A stretch of 63,401 bases of DNA, filler included, from Octopus bimaculoides (GCF_001194135.2; 12 parts of 9 records of this genome joined end to end with filler, not necessarily neighbours in it); one strand, 5' to 3'. Counted from the first letter of the whole stretch, positions 26,427 to 39,240 are shown. Numbers and translations: made by a program. Notes: generated by a model not told the origin, from the sequence alone.

Positions 26427-27222
26427 AGGGTGCAAAATAGCACCTGCAATTGCTAGAAATAGGGGCTAAAAATAGAACTCAAATAACCACACAAAATCAC
26501 CAACATCATGAGATGTTCAGGGACTGTGAGCAGCAAGCCACATCTTGCTCCAGCAAAATAAAATTCACAGAATGAAGTAGTTTGATAAAACCCTATCGTG
26601 TGATTTCGAAATTTAACCAACATGTTTTTGTTTCTCATCAGGGGTTTTCCACAATTTACTCCAGATTGAAGAGCTAACTTACTTCCCATTTGCTCATGAG
26701 AGAAAAAAAAGATAAGTTGAACAGCAAGCACTAAAATTTGAAATGGTTAAAATGTATATAAAAATACAATTAGATATTATAACAGTAAATTAATATATCA
26801 TGATATATCAAATACACTATAATATTGATGGCTATAGCAATTAAAAGTCAAAACTGCAAAATACGTAGACAAGGGTGCAAAATAGCACCTGCAATTGCTA
26901 GAAATAGGAGCTAATAAATATAACTCAAATAGTCAAACAAAATCACCAACCTCATGAGATTTCGAAATCATGTGATAGGGTTTTATCAAACTACTTCATA
27001 TTGTGAGTTTTATCTCGCTAGAAAAAGATGCTGTGGCTTGCTGCTCACAGTCCCTGAACATGTCATGAAGTTGGTGATTTTGTGTGGCATTCAAGTTACA
27101 ATTTTTAGCTCCTATTTCTAGCAATTGCAGGTGCTGTTTTGCACCCTTATTTATGTATTTTGCCTTTTTGGTTTTTAATTGCTATAGCCACCTATATTAT
27201 AATGTATTTGAGATATCATAAT
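26427..27222. mobile_element. Tandem plus inverted copies of a ~445-bp ORF-less unit carrying a hammerhead ribozyme (retrozyme-like or PLE pseudo-LTR-like)
   Basis: AGGGTGCAAAATAGCACCTGCAATTGCTAGAAATAGG at 26427 and 26872 (period 445); inverted copy 26959-27222 forms a fold-back with 26795-26960. Confidence 0.85.
26587..26648 (-). ncRNA. Type I hammerhead ribozyme with a complete catalytic core
   Basis: AAAACCC CUGAUGA GAAA-(19 nt)-UUUC GAAA UC-ACAC-GA UA GGGUUUU: 7-bp stem I, G10.1-C11.1, 3-bp stem III, AUA cleavage triplet. Confidence 0.85.
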
Positions 27223-27269
27223 ACCAGCAGAGATACCCAGCGTTGCTCAGGATTAAAATGGCATAGCAT

Positions 27270-27550
27270 TTCATTGTTTTACTTGTTTCAATCATGTAAC
27301 AACAGTCATGCTGGAGCACTGCTTTAAGTCAAAGAATTCAACCCCAGGATTTATTCTTTGTAAGCCTAGTACTTGTTTTATCAATGTGTTTTGCCAAACG
27401 GCTAAGATACAGGGATGTAAACAAAGCAACATCGGTTGTCAAAACAATGGTAGGCGTACCAACGCACACACACACACACACACACACAAATATACACATA
27501 TATATACGACAGTCTTCTTTCAGTTTCTGCGTACAAAATCCACACACAGA
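27270..27550 (-). mobile_element. SINE family A lacking its head, abutted by an RTE insertion
   Basis: TTTTACTTGTTTCAATCAT...CTTTCAGTTTC.GCGTACAAAATCCACACACAGAGC. Confidence 0.8.
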
Positions 27551-27552
27551 GC

Positions 27553-28563
27553 TTTGACAAGGGACCTCTCACTCAGAGTAAAAGACAGACTGTATGACGC
27601 ATGTGTACGAACAGCCATGCTTCATGGCAGTGAAACATGGGCCGTAACTGCTGAGTACATGTGTAGGCTCGCAAGGAATGAAGCCAGTATGCTCTGATGG
27701 ATATGTAATGTCAGTGTGCATACTCGACAGAGTGTAAGTACCTTGAGAGAAAAGTTGAACTTAAGAAGCATCAGTTGTGGTGTGCAAGAGAGACGATTGT
27801 GCTGGTATGGTCATGTAGCGAGAATGGATAGGGATAGCTGTGTGAAAGACTGCCACACCCTAGCAGTTGAGGGAACCTGTGGAAGAGGTAGGCCCAGGAA
27901 GACTTGGGATGAGGTGGTGAGGCACAACCTTTGAACATTGGGCCTCACGGAGGCGATGACTTCTGACCGAGACCTTTGGAAATATGCTTTGCGTGAGAAG
28001 ACCCGGCAAGCCAAGTGAGACCTAAATCCAAGGTCTCTGCTAGGGGTGTAACCAGCCCACTTATGCGTACCTTCTTTCATTGGACACTAAACTCCGCTTC
28101 CAAAGACCTGTTGAGCAAGTGAAATCGAAATCGAGTTAAATTCGACGACTGGCACCCATGCCAACATCGTCTCCTTCATTGGACAGTAAACTTGGTTGTG
28201 AAGACCTGTTGGGGCAAGCGAAAGCAAAATCGTGATGGCACCTGTGCCCAGCGTCGCCTTCCTGGCACATGTAAAGACATTCGAGCAAGATCATTGCCAG
28301 TGCCGCTGGACTGGCTCCTGTGCAGGTGGCACGTAAAATACACCATTTTGAGCGTGGCTGTTGCCAGTACCGCCTAACTGGCCTTTGTCAGTGTAGCACC
28401 CACTACACTCTCGGAGTGGTTGGCGTTAGGAAGGGCATCCAACTGTAGAAACTCTGCCAAATCAGATTGGAGCCTGGTGCAGCCATCTGATTCACCAGTC
28501 CTCAGTCAAATCGTCCAACCCATGCTAGCATGGAAAGCAGACGTTAAACGATGATGATGATGA
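27553..28563 (+). mobile_element. 5'-truncated RTE LINE: RT C-terminus, long repetitive 3' UTR and (GAT)n tail
   Basis: LSLRVKDRLYDACVRTAMLHGSETWAV, LCWYGHVARMD, GTCGRGRPRKTWDEVV; ends GGACGTTAAAC-like followed by GATGATGATG. Confidence 0.92.
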
Positions 28564-29241
28564 TATATATATATATCTATACTATACTATATATAAAATA
28601 AAGATGTGTGTGTAATCGCTTATCACATGAAAACGGCTTCACCATTTACTTCCATACTTGTGATGCATGAATAATTTGACCTTGGATAAATGTTAGGCTC
28701 TTCATTTGATTTTTTAAATTAAAAATAAATAATATTGCTTTATATTTAAGTTTCACTTCTTTAAAAAGGTTTCTCAATGTCAACTTCCTGTACTGACATG
28801 ACAAAAACGGCGACGTCTCTCTACTTTTAATGTTCACTTTCTGTAAACAACTACGATCAATTACTGAAACACATATTTACGAAGTTCATAAATTTAAATA
28901 TTCCGTACAAGATAGTTTTTAACGTGCTTTTAATTATACGATTTTTGGACATTCCATGTTCATCTCATTCATTCTTCGCAATGTTCTCTCTCTCTCTCTC
29001 TCTCTCTCATATATTCACACACTCCAGGTTTGATTTTGTTCCAAACTCGCACACTTCGTTTATTTCTGTAAATAAATTTTTTATCATTTTTTTTTTGGCA
29101 CGCCATGTTCAGCTCTATGTATTCGTAGTGAGTCGCACACGCACATGTCTGTGAGTGAAGGAGTGTGTTGTGATGTCTACGTACATACATAAATACATAT
29201 GCATACATTTTTTCTGTGTGTATATCTGCACGTGTGTGTAT

Positions 29242-29273
<32 letters not shown>

Positions 29274-29387
29274 GAGATGTTTCAGTGACTGTCTCTCTCT
29301 CTCTCACACACACACTCACACATACGTACAAGAAATATATGACTATTTATGTATGTACGTATAATTGTCGACACACCCCTTCACTGG

Positions 29388-29425
<38 letters not shown>

Positions 29426-30311
29426 CACACACACACACAGCACACGCGCACGCACGCATACACACGTGTGTCTTTGTAAATATGTTTGTATACATTTATG
29501 TATGTGTGTGTTTGTAAGAGACAGAGTGTGAGTGAGTCAAGGGGTGTGTTGTCATATGCATCCATCATTTTTGGATGTATGTNNNNNNNNNNNNNNNNNN
29601 NNNNNNNNNNNNNNNNNNNNNNNNNNTTAATTAATTAANNNNNNNNNNNNNNNNNNNNNNNNNNNNNNNNNNNNNNNNNNNNATATATATATATATATAC
29701 ATGCATGTATATACATATACCTATGTATGTATATATATATATATATATATATAATTAAATATAGATGATATATATGTGTGTATTTATATATATGTATATG
29801 TATATATATATACACACACATACACACACACAAACTAGATATGTGTATACATATATGCCTATATGTTAGTAAATTTGAAAATTAGTTACAATTTAATCAG
29901 TAGGCTTTAGATACCCACATATCTGCCTCCTTTCCGACCCACCCACCTACCTACCTACCTACCTACCTACCCTACCTACCTAGCCTACCTACCTACCTAC
30001 CTACCTACCTACATATATACAAACACAATCTTCCCCACACATTCACACACAAGCGTACATATATCTCTGTACGGTTGTGTAGGTGTTTGCATTTTTTATC
30101 TGTATATGGGTATGTGTGCGAATTATTATATACCCTGTTAATTAATTAAGAAGCAATTAAAATGTTAAGTTAAACATAATCAAAAATGTATGTATATATA
30201 TGTATATACACCTTTATAGATAAATGTATATATGTGTATATGTATAACGGAAATTTATTCAAAAAGACATTTATTTATATATAAAATTTATTCTAAAATA
30301 TATTAATATAA

Positions 30312-30386
<75 letters not shown>

Positions 30387-31054
30387 CATCCATCCATCTA
30401 TCTATCTATCTATCAATCTATCTACATAATTCATATATATACATACGTATATACATACATATACACATATATACATACATATACACATATATACATATAT
30501 ACATACACACATATATATATATATATATANNNNNNNNNNNNNNNNNNNNNNNNNNNNNNNNNNNNNNNNNNNNNNNNNNNNNNNNNNNNNNNNNNNNNNN
30601 NNNNNNNNNNNNNNNNNNNNNNNNNNNNNNNNNNNNNNNNNNNNNNNNNNNNNNNNNNNNNNTATAGTTATATACGTAGTCGTTGACTTGTTTCATATGC
30701 GTGCTTTTCTGCGCCTGCGTCAAAGGAGCTAATTAATTACGCATTGATCTATGAAGCTGATAACGGTAAGCCATATAATTAAATCTATTTATCATATTTG
30801 CGTGAGATAACTCATTGCTAACCCAATTCATAATAAAACTTCTCAATCTTTACTTAACAGTTATTCTTTCAGTTCGTCACACAATTAGAAAATATGAATA
30901 AAATCATGAATTACCGGTTCTGTTTTTACACAAGCATTTCAAAATATTCCGGAATAACGGAATATTTGGTGCAGTTGTTGTTAACTGTGTGTTCTGCATT
31001 TTTTTTTTTTTTTGATGAGCAGAGGTGAACATCACTGAGGTAAGCGGAAATGTT

Positions 31055-31330
31055 TAAGTGACCTCTCAGCTGTATTCACGAATGATTCAAATCAGGAGAT
31101 TGAATGGACCGCTAGAGTTACAGCTGCTTCCACACTCATGCGCCAGTATCAACGTTCGATCTTCAGAAAGAGAAGAGGCTGCTAAAAACAGTTCAAACTC
31201 GTTATCTTTAATTTGGCTTTCATGCCATTGCTTCATTCGTGGATGTTTGATAATGAGCGAAAGAATACAATCACAAATTCAAGTAGCCGAACTGGGATTC
31301 ATCTGAAGGATACTTAGGAAGACATTAGTA
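31055..31330 (+). mobile_element. Old RTE-type LINE fragment of a different family
   Basis: CVFTNDSNQEIEWTARVTAASTLMRQ...MSERIQSQIQVAELGF.RRIL matches the post-YLG region of RTE RTs. Confidence 0.6.
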
Positions 31331-31693
31331 AAAGGGAAAGTTACCTTCTCGAGTTATGCCGATTCATAAGGGCCAATTTCGCGGTTTCATGTCGAATATA
31401 TTCGTCGCCTGGACGGTACGCCGGTCCGTCGCAGGATTGCCCATTTGAAATGAAGTGTTTTTTTTGTTCAAGGACACAACGCGTCTTCCTGTCCAGGAAT
31501 CGAAACCACAATCTTACGGTCATGAGTCCAGCACCCTAATCACTAAGCCACGCCCTCCACTAGAAAGACATTATACTGCATCGACACCCAGCTGGAAGAG
31601 GTTACTCCTGGTGTTAAAAACGGTAGTAACTTCGATCCTAGTGGAACATCCATATTGATGTGGCGATAGATATTAGATATATATATACATACG

Positions 31694-31727
<34 letters not shown>

Positions 31728-33438
31728 TGTATGTATGTATGTATGTATGTATGTATCTCTCTTCCTCTTTCTCTGTCTATCTATCTTTCTATGTATGTAT
31801 GTATGTATGTATGTATGTATCTATCTATGTCTGTGTGTCTCCGTCTATCCCTTGAGAACTAATATTGGCGTGTAACATACTGGTTCCGTAAAAGAGAATG
31901 ATAGAAGAAGTACAAGGCTTTTGTTATGTCTCAAGCTACTGCTATCTAGCACCTTCGGATGATCTCTACTCAACCGCTACACAACTGCTACTCGATTGCT
32001 ACTCAACACTCCTACCACAGCCAGACTACATCTATTTATATGTCTTGGGAGATCCTACTTCTTCGCCTGGGGGCGTCGACACAACAGCTTTAGAAAAAAA
32101 TAAGCACTGGGGTTGATTCGTTGAACTAAAAATATTTCAGGCATTGCCCCAGCATGGTTGCAGTCTAATAACTGAAACAATTATGAGATATATGTATAAT
32201 ATATATATATATATACACCACTCGTTGGACTATCCATACGTTTTATATAGTATGTATCCATACACTATATAAAATACATACAGATATAGTTACCCGATAG
32301 GTTGTCGCTGTATATCAGATAACATTTCATTTCACTCTTAAGAATTACTTTCAAGAATTTTCTAAAGCTCTTGTATCAAACGTTTTCATTGTGAGTTCAT
32401 GGCTTAGCTTTTATTTATTTGATGTTTAACATTTATTTACCCTCAGTCTTACAGATCTTAATCCAGAGATAGTAATGTTTATTTTTCTCCCAAAACATAG
32501 TTGCCGCTCTGTAATTCTGAAACGTATACGTACGTTTTCTTTTGTTGAAATTTTTTGAGTTTTTCTATATTACGTTTATGATTACGATTCTGTTTTGTCC
32601 TAAAGCGTTTTAAAAACAAATATAAATGTAAAAATACCGTATATAGTGCAAGATATTTACCCTTAATATAAAAGATTCTAATCATTTCCAATGTATTTAT
32701 AGTGTTTTTATTTACTTAGATAATTGTATAATTGTTTATATACTGGTGAATTTTATAGTTTGGATGTTAACGCAAAACTCAGATGTGTATCGATTATTTA
32801 TATTTTCTTTTTCGTACACGAAGTTTCAAGTAATACGTTTGCTGATAATAAGTCGCTTATAAGATATTTAGCTTCTAACGAATTGAAATAAGATATAAAA
32901 TAAAATTTCCCCTCGGTGTCATTGATATAGTATATGTATTCTATTTAAAATAATATAAATTTGTAACCTGACAATTGTATCAATATAAGACGAAAATATT
33001 CTGCCGAGTCAAAGGTGTGTATAAAAATATATGGATGTAAATTTATTATAACAAATGTTTATTTTGTTATTTCTATTCCAAAGCTAACAGACTAATTATA
33101 AATATAAATATAATTACTCGATAAATTGCTTATAATAAATCGTTTAAATGTTCATTTGATTGAGACATATTTAAATATATATTATGATTAATAAATTATT
33201 CACTTGGTAATTATCAAATTTATTTAAAATATATTGATTTCATAAAAACAGTTTATTTCTTTGAACTGTTTAATAATATTAATACAATAATGTGATTCAC
33301 ATTACCATTATGTCGCTTTAAAATTTTCAGTTAGTCTTATCAATTAAATAATTCCTGTGAATAAGCTCCATTGTCTTATAAAAATGGTGTATGGTATAGA
33401 AACACAACGTGAACTTATTATTTATATCATATTATTAT

Positions 33439-33477
<39 letters not shown>

Positions 33478-34263
33478 NNNNNNNNNNNNNNNNNNNNNNN
33501 NNNNNNNNNNNNNNNNNNNNNNNNNNNNNNNNNNNNNNNNNNNNNNNNNNNNNNNNNNNNNNNNNNNNNNNNNNNNNNNNNNNNNNNNNNNNNNNNNNNN
33601 NNNNNNNNNNNNNNNNNNNNNNNNNNNNNNNNNNNNNNNNNNNNNNNNNNNNNNNNNNNNNNNNNNNNNNAAAAAAAAAGAAAAAAACGAAAAGGCGGTG
33701 TATTGGCGAACGTATCAATCATGTAACAAGGTGTTTAGAGTATTTGCTTCCGAAGCTTGCCGTTATGTGAGTTCAAATCCTACAAGGATCTAGTTGGGTG
33801 ATAGACTTAATCTACCCCGTAGTTTAATTCCATTACTTTAAACATTGGGTGCCTTCAGCAGAGATCAATCACACTCTTGCAAACATCAGGCCCAGGGGAA
33901 GGGGGGTCTGAGTTTACTATAAACTACTATCTGCCTTCCTCTCAGCACTCTCGGAAGGCAGAGCTTCTGACCCGGTGACGGGTCATACCCTCTCTTCTCC
34001 CACTGGCGAAACACGTAAAAAAATTTTTTTTAAATAGACCCAGAGTGCGTTTCACAAAGGCTTGCAAATCCTTTATATTTGATGAGAAATTTAAAAGAGT
34101 AAAATAAAGAATAAAAGAGCAAGAAAGGGGAAAGAAATGAAAAAAAAAATGCAAAACAATAAAGAAAATTGGTAGCAAAAGGTCACTTAATTCACTACAA
34201 GCGCTAGAAACCACCTGTCACAGTAAAAGAAAAAAGAAGAAAAAACCTACAGAATGCTAATGC

Positions 34264-34318
<55 letters not shown>

Positions 34319-35944
34319 GGCAAAAATTCTGCCGAAATATCATGCTACTTAATCCAAAGAAAAGGTATTCGTTCATATGAGATGGAGAAAAAAAAAGGGG
34401 GGGGGGGNNNNNNNNNNNNNNNNNNNNNNNNNNNNNNNNNNNNNNNNNNNNTTAATTAATTAANNNNNNNNNNNNNNNNNNNNNNNNNNNNNNNNNNNNN
34501 NNNNNNNATATATATATATATATATATATAACTATATATATATGTATATATATGGAGATGTAAATAAACCGACCCAGTCATCAAGTAGAAAAGCTGAATC
34601 CCTTCATAATGCCAACCACTCTGTAAGGTGGTTGGGATTAGGAATGGTATCCTGCATGGAAAGAGGATGTTAAATAACGATGATAAGCATCATTGGGTGG
34701 TTAGGACGCTTGCTTCCAAGCCACATGATTCTGAGTTCAGTCCCACTGCATGGCATCTTGGGCAAGTGTCTCCTGCTATAGCCTTGGGCCAACCAAAGAC
34801 TTGAATTTGGTAAGTGGAAGTTTCCATCATGTGTGTATATCCATCTGTAAGTTCTTGCGCCTCCTAATAGAGAGGAAGGATATATATATCATCATCATCA
34901 TCACCAGTGTTATCCAAGGGAAAGGCAAAGGCCAATACAGCTTGGCATCAGTGATGCAGCAACTCATTTCTACAGCTGAGTGAACTGGAGCAACGTGAAA
35001 TAAAGTGTCTTGCTCAAGAACACACCACACAGCCCGGTCCTGGATTTGAACTCACAACCTCACGATCATAAGTTCAACGCTCTAACCATTGAGCCATGTA
35101 CCTTCACAAATAATTAAGTACATGAATGAATATTAAACTAATTCTTCCCTTTCTAATGTTGAAAATTGGTATATATACACATTTTATCTATTTTGGTTAT
35201 AATATCATTTTTAATAATCTTAAATTTTATCTTTATACAACATAACAATATTGTTTATATACAATCACCCATAGTACCCCATGATAATTTCCTCTGTAAT
35301 TTCATCATAGGTTTTATTAGCATCTTGTCCCTTTAACTGGTAATTAACATCTTGATTTGAGGGTCTTCCCCTACCCAGCCTCCTTTATAGACAGTTACTT
35401 TGTACTAATCCTAGAAATCTTGACAATATTTATGACCACACACAGCTATATGCTGTCAACACACTCCTGCCCTCCATTCTAAATAGACACAGTCCTCTAG
35501 TCTTAGATTTGGTAGTTAATAAAAAGATTAATAAATTAAAAATGAACCACAATCCTTTACAAGCTATGACCCCAACAAACTTCATGCAGTTCTTAAAAGT
35601 GTAGTATATTCTTAGCTACATTAGTGGCAACATGAACTCTTTCTGTCTTCTTGGTCTATTAGAGCATTTGAGTAAAATTACATTAATGTGTCCAACTGAT
35701 TAAAAATTCTATTTATTTATTTATGAAGCTGAGGATAGTCCTGCATTTAAATTGATGTAATGATTGCATTGTTCAATTAAATGGAGCTGCTTGAAACGGT
35801 CGTACTGCATCATCTCTTGATATCCTGTTGCTTATTTTGATTTTATTCACCTTATTTTGTTTGAGTTGTACAGATAAAACTGCACTGATTTGGTACTTCA
35901 ACTTAAGTACCTAATTCATCTGAATCTCAATTATTTCTTATATA

Positions 35945-35981
<37 letters not shown>

Positions 35982-36224
35982 CATTTTTGTATTTTGTTTG
36001 TGAGATTCTTCATGTGAGTTCGAGTGTTGAAGCATATTTTATTGTGTCTGGGGAGAGTCATTCTCTTTTAGTGACTTATTACTTAACACACTCAGCGGTT
36101 CGATTTCCACTCATTTACTTATTTATTTTTTCTGAAAATTTTGTTGCATCTTGCAACCTTTTCAATGTTTGATGACTAAACATGACCATCCTGAGTAACA
36201 GTTTTTGTGATATTTTTGCTGTGC

Positions 36225-36526
36225 CGGTGGCACTTGAAAAACAGCATTCGAGTGAGGTCATTGCCAGTGCCACTGGACTGGCTCCCATGCAGGTGGCACA
36301 TAAAAAACACCATTTGAGCATGGCCATTGCTAGTACTGCCTGACTGGCCCTCGTGCCGGTGGCATGTAAAAGCACCCTCTACACTCTCGGAGTGGTTGGC
36401 ATTACGAAGGGCATCCAGCTGTAGAAACTCTGCCACATCAGATTAGAGCCTGGTGCAGCCATCTGGCTCGCCAGTCCTCAGTCAAACCGTCCAACCCATG
36501 CCAGCATGGAAAGCAGACGTTAAACG
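36225..36526 (+). mobile_element. RTE 3' UTR and tail fragment (similar remnant at 47530-47745)
   Basis: GTGCCGGTGGCA.GTAAAAGCACC repeats, then GAAGGGCATCCAGCTGTAGAAACTCTGCC...GCAGACGTTAAACGA. Confidence 0.85.
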
Positions 36527-36689
36527 ACTCAAAACAGCAAACTGACTGAGCTATTGGAGCATTATATAAATTGTTTATAGTATTTAATTTTGGCTTTCTG
36601 CATGCTGAGTTCAAATCTCATTGAGATCACCTTGGCATTTTATCTTATAAGGGTCAATAAGTAAAGAATCAGCCCTGTACTGGAAATCG

Positions 36690-37255
36690 ATTCTTCTCTT
36701 TCTCTCTCTCTCTCTCCTCTTCTTTCTGTATCTCTCTCCCTCCCCCTTCTTTCTGCCAATCTCTCTCTCTTTCCCCTTCTTTCCCTCTGTCTGGCTCTCT
36801 CACCCCCTTCNNNNNNNNNNTCTTTCTGCCAATCTCTCTCTCTTTCCCCTTCTTTCCCTCTGTCTGGCTCTCTCACCCCCTTCTTTCTGTCTGTCTGTTT
36901 CTCTCTCTCTCCTTCTTTCTGTATGTCTCTCTCTCACCCCACTTTCTCTCTCCCATTCTTTTGGTCTGTCTGTCTGTTTCTCTCTCCCCTTCTTTCTGTC
37001 TGTCTGTCTGTCTCTGTTTCTCTCTTTCTCCCCTTCTTTCTGTCTGTCTGTCTGTCTCTGTTTCTCTCTCTCTCCCCTTCTTTCTGTCTGTTTTTTTCTC
37101 TCTCTCTCTTTTGCTGTCTTTCTGTCTATCTCTCTCTCTTCCTCTCCCTCTCTTCCCCCTCTCTCTCCCTCTCTTCCTCCCCTCTCGCTCCCCCTCTCTC
37201 TCCCTCTCTTCCTCCCCTCTCTCTCCCTCTCTTTCTCCCCCCTCTCTCTCTCTCA
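36690..37255. repeat. (TC)n/(TCTG)n polypyrimidine low-complexity tract with an internal ~60-bp duplication across a 10-N gap
   Basis: Directly visible. Confidence 0.9.
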
Positions 37256-38255
37256 GAATCCAAGCTGTTTCTAAAAATTGACATCTAACAAAGTTCTGTA
37301 CACATCTAAATTTCAAACTTGATAATCTGTTTTTATTTAAGCTGTTAATGTTCCCAAGGCAATATTGCAAGCATGTTAACCTTCTACATGCCCCACATTT
37401 CATAAATTTCTGTCTTTATATGTTTACATGTGCATGTTTGCATCAAGTAAATCCTGGTGCACATTTGTTTGTCTTCTCTTACACTTCTTAGTCAGTCTGT
37501 GCCAAGAAATTACATGGGTGGATAGCACTATCACAACTGCCAGATGTAAGATACACATACACAAATCCCATCACACCATTGGAGGGTTAGATAGACAACT
37601 GTTGAGTCGTCGGTAACTAAGGTTAGCAGTTTATTGTAAGTTGTTGATTGAGAGTGTTGAGTCTCATGTAATAGTAATAAGTATTGCGTAGTGTAAATAC
37701 TTTCTTTCCCCACTGTTTCATTAAATTATATGTCCTACACCAGGATATAAAAATTATCATTGTCATTGTCGTTGTCATGGTTATCATTAGAATACTTAAC
37801 AAAGAAGGACATGGAAAATTCTGAACACAAAAGCTGGTTGTGGTTGGCTGAAGAAGGAAGATATGAAAATGCAAAGTTCAATAGAAAGTTCAATATAGTT
37901 GTCATTGTTGCTGCTGCTGCTGCTGCTGCTGGTGGTACTGTTGTTGTTTCTATTGTTGTTGCTGCTGCTACTGTTGTTGTTGTTGTTGTTGTTGCTACTG
38001 CTCTTGTCATTGTCATCATCATCATTATCATCTGCAGAATGGGAAACCATGCTGATTTTTAGCTACCCTTTCCAGGTGCTCATCTGCTGGAATATTCTCC
38101 CTGCTTTGAGGAAGAGCTCACCTGCTAAGTGTGAAAAAGGATTAGTTTTAAGTAGCAACGCTCCAAACGAAATGCTAAACATTTTGAAACTTTTTTCAAT
38201 ATTGAATTCTTGATTTTTTTTGTTTTCGTAATAAAAACAAGACAAAAGTGAACAA

Positions 38256-38655
38256 TAGGCGCAGGAGTGGCTGTGTGGTAAGTAGCTTGCTTACCAACCA
38301 CATGGTTCTGGGTTCAGTCCTGCTGCGTGGCACCTTAGGCAAGTGTCTTCTACTATAGCCTCGGGCTGACCAAAGCCTTGTGAGTGGATTTGGTAGACGG
38401 AAACTGAAAGAAGCCCATCGTATATATGTATATATATATGTATGTGTGTGAATGTGTTTGTCCCCCCACCATCGCTTGACAACCAATGCTGGTGTGTTTA
38501 CGTCCCCGTAACTTAGCGGTTCGGCAAAATAGACTGATAGAATAAGTACTAGGCTTACAAAGAATAAGTCCTGGGGTCGATTTTGTTCGACTAAAGGCGG
38601 TGCTCCAGCATGGCCGCAGTCAAATGACTGAAACAAGTAAAAAAGTAAAAGAGTA
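38256..38655 (+). mobile_element. SINE family A, intact reference-like copy
   Basis: Head TAGGCGCAGGAGTGGCTGTGTGG, B-box-like GGTTCAGTCC, internal (TA/TG)n, tail GAAACAAGTAAAAAAGTAAAAGAGTAA. Further partial copies at ~17755, 19360, 32030, 34690, 41485, 43305, 44440, 47850, 48075 and 57540. Confidence 0.95.
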
Positions 38656-38668
38656 ATACTATAATATT

Positions 38669-38707
<39 letters not shown>

Positions 38708-38899
38708 CACATACACAAACTATAGTGAGAGAGTGAAAAAGAGTGTAGCAAAGTAAGTGAAAGAGAGGTACTATTCAGGAAGTTTGCCACCTGTTCAAGA
38801 TCAACACCTGAAATTAACAGCAACATCATCATCATGACCACACAGTATGTATCTTGAAAAGAATATCAGAAAAACAGCAATCATAATTTCGTTTATATA

Positions 38900-39240
38900 T
38901 TTGTTTTGCAAGATTTTTGATGTGAAATCGTGTGTTGAAACAGATGTTGTTGTATTTGGGGATGATCATATAGCCAGTTTAGCCAATAAAACACACGCAC
39001 TGTAAATTTGGAATACAAAATACAAAATAGCTGATAGTTAGCAAGGTGGGACACACATAAGAAAGAAGAAAGCAAAGGACCACTGATGAGGTCACAGAAG
39101 TGTGACGAAAGAACTCTGGCCGAAATAGGATTAATGTAATGTAATGTAATATAAAGCTGAAGCAAATTAACACCAAATATACAGTGTGTGTGTTTTTATT
39201 GGTTAAACTAGCAATATGACCATCCTCAAATACAACAACA
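38900..39240 (+). mobile_element. ORF-less fold-back element with a central hammerhead motif
   Basis: 38945-39011 is an imperfect inverted repeat of 39173-39240. The 38900-38965 segment has relatives at ~35990-36060 and ~39965-40050. Confidence 0.75.
39077..39121 (+). ncRNA. Minimal type I hammerhead ribozyme motif
   Basis: GGACCA CUGAUGA G GUCACA-GAAG-UGUGAC GAAA G-AA-C UC UGGCC: 6-bp stem II, very short stem III, CUC triplet, stem I CCA/UGG + GG/CC with one bulge, one extra G after A9. Confidence 0.7.

Noticed and set aside
28480-28510. CUGAGGA-CUGG(N4)CCAG in the antisense of RTE tails as a hammerhead
   Set aside because: No GAAA after the stem in any copy.
34004-34020. GCGAAACACGTA as the 3' half of a minimal hammerhead or HDV-like ribozyme
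   Set aside because: No upstream CUGANGA and no P2 partner found.
37880-38030. Poly-Leu/Ala/Ser ORFs at 37735-38213, and poly-Met/Gly at 44722-44913
   Set aside because: Trinucleotide repeats without splice or domain support.
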